64,000 nucleotides of DNA, from the NCBI RefSeq assembly GCF_009914755.1, contig NC_060927.1; one strand, written 5' to 3'. The position numbers and the translations under genes were made by a program. This document shows, piece after piece, positions 26,996 through 39,129 of this stretch; within the stretch, counting starts at the first letter, position 1, and every line of letters starts with the position of its first letter. The notes beneath the pieces were generated by a model. It did no database searches, was not told where the DNA came from, and saw nothing but the letters and a program-made list of their open reading frames with translations. The stretch comes from the human T2T-CHM13v2.0 reference genome, Homo sapiens.

Positions 26996-29900
26996 GTGTT
27001 CTATAACCTTCTTGAACTGAGATATTGACATATTTCTTTTGAGTTGAGATGTTCTCTGATCATATGCCTTTGAATTATTTCTTTCTCTACCTCTTCTTTA
27101 AGGCCAGATACTCTTAAAGTTGCCCTTTTTAGGCTATTTTCTACATTCTGTAGGTGTGCTTCATTGTTTTTTTTAATCTTTTATCTTTTATCTCCTTTGA
27201 CTGTGTATTTTCAAATAGCCTATCTTCTAGTTCACTAATTCTTTCTTCTTCTCACTCAACAATTCTGCTATTCATAGACTCTGATGCATTTTTCCATATG
27301 CCAGTTGCATTTTCAGCTCCAGAATTTCTGCTTGAGTTTTTTAAATTATTTTAATCTCTTTGTTATATTTATCTGATATAGTTTTGGATTCCTTCTCTGT
27401 ATTTTCTTGAATTTCTTTGAGTTTCCTCAACATAGCTATTTTGAATTACCTGATGGAAAGGTCACTATCTCTGTTTCTCCAGGATGGCCCCTTTGTCCCT
27501 GATTTAGTTCATGTGGCAAGGTCATGTTTTCTGGATGATCTTGATACTTTTGGATGTTTGTCTGTTTTTGGGTATTGACGAGTTGTGTATTTATTGTACT
27601 CTTCACAGTCTGGTCTTATTTGCACCTGTCCTTTTTGAGAAGGCTTTTCAGATATTCAAAAGAACTTGGGTGTTGTGATCTAAACTTTTTCTGCTTTTGA
27701 TGGCCTGCCAAGGCCAGTAACACTGTGATTCATGCAGACTAGAAGTACTGTCTTGATGGTCTTAAACAAGATCTGAGAGAATTCTCTAGATTACCAGAAA
27801 GAGACTTTTGTTCTCTTTCCTTATTTTCTCCCAAACAGAGTCTCTCTGTTTGTTCTGACCCATCTGGAGCTGGGGATAGAGTGACACAAGACCCCAGAGG
27901 CCATCTGCAACTAGGACTGCACTGGCTCAGATCCGAAGCTAGCACAGCACTGGGTCTCACCCAAGATATGCTGTAATCACTCTCTGGCTACTGTTTATGT
28001 TTGATCAAAGCCTTGTGGCTCTACAACCAGAAGGTTTCAAAGCCAGCCAGGCCTCTATCTTTCCCTTCAGGATGGTGAATTCCACCAGGCCCAAGTGGGT
28101 CCAGAGTTGCTGTCCAGAAGCCAGGGGCTAGAGTCAAACACCTTAGACATCTACCTAGTGTTCTATTGTACTTCAGCTGAGCCGGCACTCAAACCATAAG
28201 ATGCAGTGCTTCCCACTCTTCCTTTCCCTTTCCTATGGCAGGAGGCCTCACTCCATGGCCACTGACACCTCAGGCCCACAGGCAGTACTGCCATATTACT
28301 GCTAATGTTCCCTTAAGGCTCAAGCACACTTCAATCAGCTTGTGGTGAATGCTGCAAGGCCTGGCACTCACCCTTCAGGGCAGTGGGCTCCTCTCTGACC
28401 CAGGGAAGGTCCAGAAATGTCATCCACGAGCCAAGGCCTGTAGTTGGGTACCCCAAGAGCCTGTGTTCTACCACACTGTGGCCAAACTGGTATCTAAGGT
28501 GCAAGACAAACTCCTCTTTACTTTTCCCTTTTGTTTTCTCAATCAGGGGGAGCCTCTCCCCATAGCCACTGTAGCTGGTAATGTGCCGAGTCCCACCTGA
28601 AGCCAGCAAGTCTCAGAATCTCACCCATGGCACACAATATACTAGCTGGTTATCCAGGGCACAAGGGCTCTTCATTTAGCAGGTGATGAATCATTCCAGG
28701 CCTGTATTCTTCCCTTTAAGGCAACAATTTCTTTCTAGTCCAAGGTGTGTCTAGAAATATCATCTGGAAGCTAGGGCCTGGAAAGGGTCCTCACGACTCT
28801 GACTGGTGTCCTATCCTATTGTGGCTGAGCTGGTATCCAAAGATAGAAGACAAAGCCCTCCTTATGCTTCCCTCTACTCTTTTCAAGTAGAAGGAAAGGG
28901 GTTATTTTTGGAGCCACAAGTTTTGCAGCCTGGGGTTGGGGGAGGTATAGTGCCAGCATCCCTCTACCCACCATGGCTGGTTCTCAGTAGGTTGTATGCC
29001 CCCCAAGTACCATGGCTCTGAGCCCAATTCAGCCCTAGGACTTACCCAAGAGTTGCAGCTCTTGTGACCTAGACTGCCTATCAAGTTTAAGGCCCCAGAG
29101 GACTTTAGCTCATGGTGGCAATGCTTGCAGGAACTCAAGTTTCAACTGCTAGGATGGGAGACTGCTCTCTAGCTAGGTCTGCTTTAAATGTTTCCTCTAT
29201 AGGTAGGTGTCAGCTGAGTTTGTTCCAGTTTTGCTTTCTGCTATTACAGGGCAGCACTGAGTTCAATGCAATGCCTTATGAGTTCAGTGCTCTCCCTCTC
29301 CCTAGAGTTCAGATTCTCTCTCTGCACCATGCTGCCACTGCCGGAGGATGAGGGATGAGTTGTGTCAGAGGCGCAACACTGTTTTGCCTAACTCTTCGGT
29401 GTTTCTTTGAGTAATATATAGTTAAACCAGGTACTTCAAGTGTTCACTTGATTTTTAGTTCTTATAAAGGTGCTTTTTTGGGTGTAGATACTTGTTAAAT
29501 TGATGTCCTTGCCTATGGGATGATTGGTAGAGCCTTCTATTCTGGCATCTTGCACAACCTCCTCTTTTTACATGTGATTAACTGATAAATACTCTTACTA
29601 ATACTGAGCTTGATAAAGGAAAGAAACATGTTCAACTGATAGAACGTTTTCTCAAATGTTCAAATGAGATTTTAAAAAATAAAACACATTCATCTCTTGT
29701 TATAATCAGTGTAAACAGTCATCAGTTTTACAGGACAGTGGTAAAATAAAGCAGAGACAGAGAAATAAAGGAAGACAGTTGTATACATCAGATTATTAAA
29801 AACCAACACAAAACGATTTTCCTTTTAGAAATATGCTAATTAATAGTCTTTTATTTTTAATCTAGCTTTGTTTGCCTCTGGAAGGAATACACTATAAAAG

Positions 29901-30672
29901 GCAAACCTCATGAATATCACAATAAACAGAAGGTCTGGAAAGCAAAGATTTGCCAACTGAGAATGTTAATAATGTAGCGATGTGCTCAGGAATTGAAATT
30001 GGCGTCAGTCTGGGCAGATCTAAAGACTATATCTAAAAGTGGCACAATTATAATAAAATCAAACGAAGGGGTTTATTATTCTTAAAAATGGGAAGAGAGC
30101 CTGTCTCCTCTCTTGTTATTTCTCCTATATTTGATTATCCATTTGGAAGTGGGTGAGTAGAGTTGCTATAGTAAGGGCAGGAGTATGGACATTATATTTG
30201 AAGTAGAAAGAAATTTTCTGAGTATTCTAGAAATTTACACAACATTTTCATGAGACCATTATCAATTGGATACATAATAAAAATATATCAGGCATAGTAG
30301 TAAGAAGGAATGTCTTATTTTGGCCTGTGCTTCATCACACGAGAGAAAAGTGATTGAAGAAAAACCTTACACGTTGTCATGTATTCCAAAATGAAAACAA
30401 AGTGTATCTTGTGTTTCTTGTTCTTTTATGATTTAAATAGTTAATAAGCTACATGGCAATATGGGCCACTGCTTATAATAATGTTATACTCAATGTGAAC
30501 TAGAAGTACAGAAATGATTATTATAAATGTATATATTCATATATACTGTGTCTATGTATCTATATGTCATTTATCTGAATGATATTTGGCTATACTTCTT
30601 ACAGTCAATCAGTTCAATTATTTTGCCTTATTTAAATAAAATTAATGCATTACATAATTATGGCAAGAAGAT

Positions 30673-31030
30673 ATTTTTAATTGAGATATGATTTATGTAT
30701 TTTAAACTTTCATTTCAATAAATTTAAATAAATGTATAGTTCCACATAACACTATCCCAGTCAAGCTGTATAAAATTTTATTACCCTGAAAATTTCTCTA
30801 CTTCCCTTCTTCAGTAAATTCTCCACCCTAACCTTACATGTGACTGTTTTCATTTCCATTATTATAAATTTATTTGACTGTTTTAAAACTTTCTATTAAA
30901 AAACATATAGTATTTATAATTTTGTATCTGTTTTCTATTGTTCAGCATAATATTTTGAGATTTATTTGTGATATTGTATGAGCAGAAAGTTGTTCCATTT
31001 TATTGCCGAGTATTACTGTTATATGAACTT
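30673..31030 (-). mobile_element. L1ME-type 3'UTR fragment
   Basis: Antisense L1ME 3' motifs (ttttaattgagatatgattta; ttcagcataatattttgagattta). Confidence 0.6.
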
Positions 31031-31099
31031 ATCATTGGAAAGAATTTGAACAATATTTTCTTATGGAGTATTTTTTCCCTAATTGAACTTAACAGAAAA

Positions 31100-31245
31100 T
31101 GAGGAGTCCTGAGTTCTAGTCTCAATGTTATCATTCATCCAAATTTGAGTGTGTCTCTTCAACAAGCTAGATCTCATCTTCATCTTTCTAATTAAAGAGT
31201 GGTTTTAGATAATCATGGAACCTACTTCAACTCAAATATTCTAGA
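31100..31245 (+). mobile_element. MIR fragment
   Basis: gagtcctgagttctagtctc...ctcatcttcatctttctaattaaagag...tcaactcaaatattcta. Confidence 0.5.
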
Positions 31246-31405
31246 TCTAGTTTATGGTTGTCTATCAGTTAAATATTTATTTCATTAAGAACTATCTCTA
31301 GATTACTAACAAATTCATTCATCTTATGTCAACGAGGGGCGTCTTCAACTTAATTCTCAATTTCCATGACAACAAAATTATGCTTTTTTGTCTTCCTTAG
31401 GTTAG

Positions 31406-32955
31406 CTTTTCTTTTCTTTTTTAATTTTTATTTAAAGTTCAGGGGTACATGTGCAGGTCTGTAATATAGGTAAACTCATGTAATGGGCGGTTGCTGTACA
31501 GATTATTTTGTCACCCAGTTATTAAGCCTAGTACCCATTAGTTATTTTTCCTGATCTTTGCACTCTTCCCACCCTCACCCTCCAGGAGGCCCTGGTGTCT
31601 GTTGTTTCCTTCTTTGTGTCCATATATTCTCATTATTTAGCTACCACTTGTAAGTGACAACATGTGGTATTTGATTTTCTATTTTTGCATTAGTTTGCTA
31701 AGGAAAATGGTTTCCAGCTCCATCCATTTCCCTGCAAAGGACATGATCTCATTACCTTTTATGGCTGCATAGCTGCATAGTATTCCATGGTGTATATTTT
31801 CTTTATCCAGTCTGTCAGTGATGGGCATTTAGGTTGATTCCATGTCTTTGCTTTTGTGAATAGTGCTGCAATGAACATACCAGTGCATGGGTCTTTATGG
31901 TAGAATGATTTACATTTCTTTGGGTATATACTCACTAATGAGATTGCTGGGTCGAATGGTAGTTCTGTTTTTAGGCGTTTGAAGATTCACCACACTGTTT
32001 TCCACAATGGTTGAACTAATCTACACATCCCTCAACAGTGTATAAGTGTCCCTTTTTCTCCACAACCTAACCAGCATCTGTTATTTTTTGACTTTTTCAT
32101 AATAGCTATTCTGACTGGTCTGTGATAGTATCTCATTGTGGTTTTGATTTGCATTTCTCTTAATGAATGACCAGTGATATTGAGCTTTTTTTTTAATATG
32201 CTTGTTGGCCACATGTATGTTTTCTTTTGAGAAGTGTCTGTTCAAGTCTTTGGCCCACTTTCTGATTTTTTTTCTTGTAAACTTGTTTATGTTCCTCATA
32301 GAGGCTGGATATTGGATGTTTGTCAGATGCGTAGTTTGCAAAATTTTTCTCTTATTCTGTAGACTGTCTGTTACTCCATTGATAGTTTATTTGGATATGC
32401 AGAAGCCATTTAGTTGATTTAATTAGATTCCATGTTTTCAATTTTTGCTTACAATTGCTTTCAGCATCTTTGTCATAAAACCTTTAGTTTAATTAGATCC
32501 TATATATCAGTTTTTATTGCAATTGTTTTTGGCATCTTCGTCATAAAATCTTTGCCCATTCCTATGTTCAGAATGGTATTGCCTTGGTTGTCTTCCTGTG
32601 TTTTTAGAGTTTCAGGTTTTAAATTTAAGTCTTTAACCCATATTGTGTTAATTTTTGTATATGATGTAAGGAAGGAGTCCAGTTTCAGTCTTCTTCATAT
32701 GGCTAGCCAATTATCCCAGCACCATTTATTGAATAGGGAGTGGTTTCCCCATTGCTTATTTTTGTCAACTTTGTTGAAGATCAGATAGTTGTAGGTATGC
32801 AGCTTTATTTCTAGGCTGTCTATTCTATTCCATTAGTTTATGTGTCGATTTTTTGTACCAGTATCATGCTGTTTTGGTTACTACAAGCCTGTAGTATAGT
32901 TTGAAGTTGGGTAGCATCATGCCTTCAGTTTTGTTATTTTTGCTTATGATTGCTT
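31406..32955 (-). mobile_element. L1PA13-15-like 3' end, 5'-truncated
   Basis: Antisense 3'UTR ttcaggggtacatgtgcagg...gcctagtacccattagttatttttcctgatc; ORF2 peptide [30 protein letters not shown]. Confidence 0.9.
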
Positions 32956-33135
32956 TTAAAAATTCCTTTGAAGGAAGATATGGTTTGAAACTGAGAATTA
33001 CTCCTATTTCCCTTTCACTAATTTGTTGTATTACTTTTAGTTTTTGCTAAACCAAACATTGGTTAATTTGAAATATACCTTATTTATGTCTGTCAAAATT
33101 CGCAACATCTTTTAAAGATATGTTTACATTGTTAC

Positions 33136-33433
33136 TTTTTTTTTTTTTTAAGACAGAGTCTCACTCTGTCACCCAGGTTGGAGTGAAGTGGCATGATCTT
33201 AGCTCACTGCAGCTGCTGCCTCCCAGATTAAAGTGATTCTCATGCCTCAGCCTCCCAAGTAGCTGGGATTACAGGCATGCACCACCACGCCCAGCTAATT
33301 TTTGTATATTTTTAGTAGAGACAGGGTTTTGCCATGTTGGCCAGGCTGATCTCAAACTCTTGGCCTCAAATGATCCACCCACCTCAGGCTCCCAAATCGC
33401 TGGGATTACAGGCATGAGTCACCACACCCAGCC
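33136..33433 (-). mobile_element. AluSz/AluJb-type SINE
   Basis: Full antisense Alu; TSD acattgttac / acactgttac. Confidence 0.93.
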
Positions 33434-33539
33434 CACACTGTTACCTTTTCCATAGCCTTTTTATAACCACTCAAGTCAGGAGTGAATGAACCTCTCTAAC
33501 CTTTGATATCAGATTATATTTTGTATAATTCTTACCTTC

Positions 33540-34100
33540 TTTTAATCATTCATTATTTATTCAAGCACTACTGCATGTCTTAAGCCTATGACTAGTGTAA
33601 AGGATATAATAATGAGCAAAAGAGAGTCTCAAACTTCATGTGCTTTTATCCCAGCATGTCACCATGAAGCGATTACTCTGAATTATAAACAAGTTCTCTG
33701 AAAAAAATTGCTGATGCTGTCATGCTGCCACAATAGTAATATCTAACCTAGTTTTGTGTGGGTCAGGGGAAGATCCTATGAGTATGTGATGTTGAAGTCT
33801 GAGGATGAGTTAGTGCTCTGAAGGTCTGTGTATGCATATTGGGTGAATGTGTATTAGTGCACAAGTGTGCATATTTGTGTGGGTGCATATGTTTATGTCA
33901 TGGGTGATGGTTTAGCTTTTACCCGATGAACTATTTATAGAGTTTTAAACAGAGATAAAAATTAATCAAATATTTAGAGTTAGAAGAGAGTTTTGGACTG
34001 AATGTCCACGTTAGAAATCTTTGGTTGACATATGAGGAAGGAAGCTTTGTATGTTGATGAGATGCCTGAGCAGAGTGTTAGAAATGATAAGAGGTATCAA
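33540..34100 (-). mobile_element. L2 3' fragments
   Basis: Starts with L2 tail-like tcattcattatttattcaagcactactgcatg; heavily diverged. Confidence 0.5.
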
Positions 34101-34320
34101 TTCTAACTTCAGAATCTCTCAAAATAACCATTTCCACATTTAAATGTATTATAGATATGTATAGACATATCTCAGTACCTCCTCTTAAATTTTAAGACCC
34201 TGTGACTGAATTAACATAACAAGTCTAATGGGGATTACTTCCTAGGTTTTATTTGAACAAAAGAAAAGCTCTATTTCTGCTGAGGTTGAGTGAAGGTAGG
34301 ATGATAAAAATCTGGAACTA

Positions 34321-34690
34321 TGTCCCAGGTTGCATTACCTGGAAAACAGACTTTGAGCAGAAATTTGTGTTTAGAAAGTTTACTGGGAAGCTCTCAAAAT
34401 CAGCAATTAAAAGGGGGAAAAAGAATGAGAATCAGGCAGAGGGAGGATAGGGTTTGGATGAGTCCCAAAGCCCTCAGTTGATCCTGTGGAGCTCTGGAAC
34501 TTGGTGGCTCCACAGAAATCACCCCTGGAAGGGTAGGGAGGCAGGGATTTTCTCAGATGCTGGCTGCCCCCAAGGAAAGAATTTGTCCTTGGGAAGGTGG
34601 ATCTTCTCAGGTGGGCACAACTCCTAGAAAGAGACACAGCTGCCAAGATCAAGGGGAAAAATAATATTTCAAGCCTAAAAGGAGAATCTA
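34321..34690 (-). mobile_element. LTR16-family (ERVL) solo LTR
   Basis: ccaggttgcattacctggaaaacagactttgag...agccctcagttgatcctgtggagctctggaac resembles LTR16A-C. Confidence 0.6.
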
Positions 34691-34938
34691 GTGCAAAAGA
34701 TTATTAAGCTTGTCTAGCTAAGTATCACAGAAAAAATACATCAGAGAGATTAAAAAGTGAGTGCTAGACATGGTTTTGGGGGCTCTAAATCCAGCTATTT
34801 CTGAATTATTACCTTTTGGGTTTTTCATATTATCAATTATAAAGATCTCCCATCTACTTCTTTCATTGTGATTTTTCAATAAGTTTTGCTGTCAGCAGTT
34901 AATACACTGTTTTTTAAATTATTATTCACTCTTTTCAG

Positions 34939-35073
34939 GGATACAGAAGAAAACCAAGTTGATGAAGAGAAATATCAGAAAGCTTGTCTTCTGAAATCTT
35001 CTGAGAAAGATATAAGAAATTATAAGCATAATGACTACAGCAGGATTGTAAAACTGAGGACTGTCTTTCACAG
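34939..35073 (+). other. Candidate spliced internal exon (135 nt) of an unidentified transcript
   Basis: Acceptor ttattcactcttttcag|G with a ~38-nt AG-free zone; donor CAG|gtgagt; GAA-rich body; one open frame. Confidence 0.5.
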
Positions 35074-35719
35074 GTGAGTGTTGTTAGATTTTTTACTTTT
35101 AATGAGGGAATTAGGATGGACAATAAACTTTCTGAGAATGGGATGAATTTAGGATGAGGCCTTCATTTGACCTTAATGGCAAAGTTTTCCCATGCGTGTA
35201 CTAAAAAATGCTGCTTCTTCAGGTCTGGAAAAAGACACTCAAATGATTTGGACATCCAAGCATTACTTTAAAAAAAATCTTTCTTTGAAAATAGTGCATC
35301 TCAGAAAGAAGGATGGGAACTCAATATTTGGAACCCTGTCTCCACTGTGTGCATGCTTTGTCAGCAAAGTGAGTTTAGATCTTAGCTTAGTTATTTTTAA
35401 TTGCTAGTAATTATCCAAAACAAGAAAGCTACATTGGCAAATATGGTATTTCCTCTACTATGCCTTTGAAAAAAAAACACAATTAAAGTAAAAATATGGC
35501 CTAATTGCCAGAAATCAATGTTAAGAAGTAAATTTCCCTTATAAATTCTCCTCAGTGATGCTTGGCAAAAGCATTATGTAATGTCACATTCTTACTTCAG
35601 AGGTAATATTTCAGTTCAATTAGTTTCTCATCCAATTGATATTACCTATTTCAGAAAGCCATTAAAACCAAAAAAAGGAAAAATTTGGGACCTGGATAAA
35701 GAAGTAGATTATTCTCAGG

Positions 35720-35810
35720 AAGTGTCATTTGCATTATTATTTACAGCATTATTTACACTTAGGCTGCTGATCAGTAGTGACCCTCACTTTGACGTGATGC
35801 AAATGTCAGC
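35720..35810. promoter_or_regulatory. Candidate enhancer: two inverted octamers, two forkhead sites and a CRE-like site
   Basis: ATTTGCAT 35727-34, ATGCAAAT 35797-804, TATTTAC 35738-44 and 35750-56, TGACGTGA 35790-97, in apparently non-repetitive DNA. Confidence 0.35.
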
Positions 35811-36063
35811 AGTATTGAAGAGAAGAAAAAAACAGCTAAATATATTAAAGAGAACAATATGGATTGTGCTACTTTAGCATGCTCAGATCTGAAGGGTTGT
35901 CAAGCGTGCAACTAGGTAGTGTGCCTAATTTTGAATTTAGTTAATCAATTTAGGCTTTTGTTCTAGGCATGAAATTGGGGTACAGTTGGGGAGCTGCATG
36001 TTTTAAAGGTGAAGTTCAAGTTTGCTTTCCTAGCCAGATAATTTAGTTAGGTAAATATCTGGT

Positions 36064-36157
36064 TAAAAACAAAAACAGAGAAAACAAAACAAAACAAAAA
36101 GAAAAGAAAACAAAAACAAAACAAAAGAAAGAAAGGAAAAGAGAAAAGAACAGAAAA
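36064..36157. repeat. A-rich low-complexity tract (AAAAC/AAAAG)n
   Basis: Directly visible. Confidence 0.85.
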
Positions 36158-36169
36158 GTGGTAGATTAA

Positions 36170-36415
36170 GAAAATAACAGTTACATAGCAGATACTGTGG
36201 GCAAGAAATTGAGCTAAGGGCTTTGGAAATAAAGAGCAATAATTCAACTCATTTCACGCTCTTAACAGTTCTATGAAATGAATGTCATTATTATCACCAA
36301 ATTAAAATGAGATATTTCTGGCATAGAGAGGGCTATGTACCAGGAAGAGCAAGGGTTCAAATCTAATGCAATCTGTATTGAACCCCACACAGAGTTTAGG
36401 ATTCTAATCACTACA
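36170..36415 (-). mobile_element. MIR
   Basis: ctcatttcacgctcttaacagttctatgaaatgaatgtcattattatcacc...agggttcaaatcta. Confidence 0.6.
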
Positions 36416-38824
36416 TTTTTGAAAGGTAAGTCTAGTTCTCTTAAATCAAAATGTAAATACTATGGTCCCATTTCTATCTCACTTCCCAACCCAAACTAGA
36501 CATTAATCTAGTTATACTATAGTAATATTTTTATAGCTACATATAGAAAGACTATAGTTATATTCCAACTTATCAACTAATTCATAAAATTACACAGAGA
36601 ATATCTTCTCTGTAGTGGCTTTTCTCAATTTAAAGCTCAGAAATTTAGAAAATATTTTTTCACATCTCTTAAATATATATGATAAAATCATTTCTATAAA
36701 TATTTTGGTCAACTTTTGGCCAAATATAGAGTTCTTAATATAGAGAGTTAAATGACTCCTATAAATTCAATGGAAAAGAAAAGTAATTCAATACCTAGAA
36801 AAAATGGACTATTTAGAATATGAAATGATTTATTTCAAATAACCATAATTTAAACTCTGAAAAAAGTATTTTCCATCAGATAGACATAAGTTTTGCTGTA
36901 GAGTGAGAGTCGTAGCCAAATGATGTATTTGAAGATCATGTGATGCTATTTCATTCATATAGTCATTTTGCCCTTTTCTTAAGATGTTCTAATTATTTAA
37001 GACAATCCAATTTCTTATTTTGTCATTTGGTTCCTTTTTCCTCAAAGTTTTTGGTGAGAAGCAGTCTGAAATCACAGCTAATGCAAGGACCCATGCTGAG
37101 CACAACCACCTTCCTGCTGCTGAGAGTGGATCACAGGGCTACCAGTAGAGAACTTGGTTTGTCTCACTCTGCAAAGGTTTTCTTCTTCCAAGTTTAATGT
37201 CTCAAATCTCAAATCATCTGCTAATAGTAATGTGGTACATATGTAGAGTCCTTTATATTTATTATATTTTAAAGATATTTTTCTTTATTTGCATCCAACT
37301 TCGAAACATAGTCACTAATTCCAAGTCAAAGCAATGTTATTTTACTAATTACATCTTTACATGTTATATCTCATTTTTAGTAATTCCTTAATTTTAATTT
37401 ATAACTTTATGAAACTTTGCATTTAGATCAATATATCATTTTAAAGTAATATAATTTTCCCCATTTATAAAATAACTTTATTGGCCTTGTTGTCTTCCCA
37501 GTCTCTCTTTTTATGTATTCTTGACATAAAGACTTATTGTTTTTATTCTGATCAATCAATTACTATTTTTTTCAATAATGCTTCTTATAAAGCTCAGTGA
37601 CAATATACATGTCATACCTGCTCTCCTTCTCTTAAATACATAAAACCACAGTGCCAGAAAAGCATTATTCAAGTTAGTTAAAAGATTTGGTGAAAAATGG
37701 TAATAACAAATTCTAGAACTTTTTAAAAATTCACCTCCACCCACCCTCAACCTGAAAAATCCAAATTTTTCTTATATGTTAATAGTGTATAGAGAAGAGA
37801 TTGACCCTGCCCCCTGCCCCACCTCCACCTCTGCCTCCCACCAATATCCGTGTTAGGAAAGCTTGGGAACTCCACATCTGGAAGTTCAGGCCCAGAGATA
37901 ATCATCTCATCACTTTGCCAGCAGGAGCTCTTTCTCTCTGTCTCTCTCAATCTCTTTCTCACTGGCTCTACAAGCTTAGTTTTAAAGAAGTAGCTTAAGC
38001 CTTTGACATAAATTTCCCAGTATGAAGGGTATTGTCTGAAACTTATACAAGTGGAGACAATGTAAATTCTAAAGTGTCTAAAATACTTTTTAGTGTAATG
38101 TTCTGCAAGAATGTGACTCAATAAGGCATTCAGCAGTGACTCATTTTGCAGACATGAGGACTCGTCTTGCATCTTGGTTTAACTTGTCAATATCTGATAT
38201 TCTTAATAGTTTGCCTGAAGCAACTAGCAAACTCTGGACTTAAAGGGCAATTGCAGATAATATTTAACTTTTAACTCTATTCCGGAGTTTAACTGTCATT
38301 TACATGATTACTTAGAGTGACATTCCTGAACAGTGAGCTCTCAGGATAATTAAAATTTAATTTTCTTTAGGGATAGAATACAGGAGATTATGTTCAGCTT
38401 ATTAGAGCTGACCCTTTACTCCTAGACAATTTTCCAGTTTAATTTGGCTTATGTAGTACATAATTTATGTGGCCCTGGTTATTATGTACTGTACTTTTAT
38501 TCTAACAGATGCTGCTTTAAATGCCCAAATTAAAAGTTCTCAATTCCTTTACTATTGTAGAAAGTAGCATTCTGCACGGGAAATAAAGGGGAAGAAAAAA
38601 ATCAAGTGAGAATAGACTGTATTTTTAGACAAAAAAAAAGAAGTTCAGAAAAAAATAGCAATTATAAAATCATAAAATATTTGCAAATTTACCTTGAGAT
38701 CTTATATTGAATTTTGCCTTTATTATTATTTCTGGAACACAAAAGAGTGCCTTAATTAACAAAAGTTTTTTAAAGTTTTAAAAAAATCATATTGCTAGTG
38801 TAAAAACGTATTGTCTGAAACTAT

Positions 38825-39016
38825 AATATTCAGTATGGTATAACTGGCCACATATGACTATCTAAATTTTAAAGATTAATGAATTAAAATTAAATAAAAT
38901 TTAGAATTCAGTTTTTAGTTGCATTGGCTGCATTTTAAGTGCTTAATAGCCATGTTTATCATATTGAACAGCACAGATGAGAACATTTCCATCATCTACT
39001 GATTGGACAGCGCTGG
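38825..39016 (+). mobile_element. MER3-like hAT/Charlie DNA transposon (MITE)
   Basis: tggccacatatgactat...aattaaaattaaataaaatttagaattcag...tttaagtgcttaatagccatg...gaacatttccatcat...attggacagcgctg. Confidence 0.75.
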
Positions 39017-39085
39017 CTTCAAATAATACTTCTGGTAAACCTAATCGTTTCTCTTACATATGTTGGTGCTTTCTCCTTAAGTATA

Positions 39086-39129
39086 GTTGCTTACTACTAG
39101 GTCTACTGTTGCTTACTACTGGTTCTACT
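39086..39129. repeat. 22-bp tandem duplication
   Basis: gttgcttactactaggtctact / gttgcttactactggttctact. Confidence 0.85.

Larger units (their letters stand above)
19676..29564 (-). mobile_element. Near full-length L1MA1-3-like LINE (3'UTR at left, ~2-kb 5'UTR at right), interrupted by an Alu monomer and a THE1 provirus
   Basis: Antisense 3'UTR tttttgtgggtacataggaggtgtat; ORF2 peptides ([49 protein letters not shown]); 5' head ending gcatcttgcacaacctcctc. Confidence 0.92.

Noticed and set aside
37747-38172. 141-aa minus-strand ORF and overlapping proline-rich ORF in unique DNA
   Set aside because: Non-ATG or weak start, no recognisable homology, no splice or promoter support; compatible with chance.
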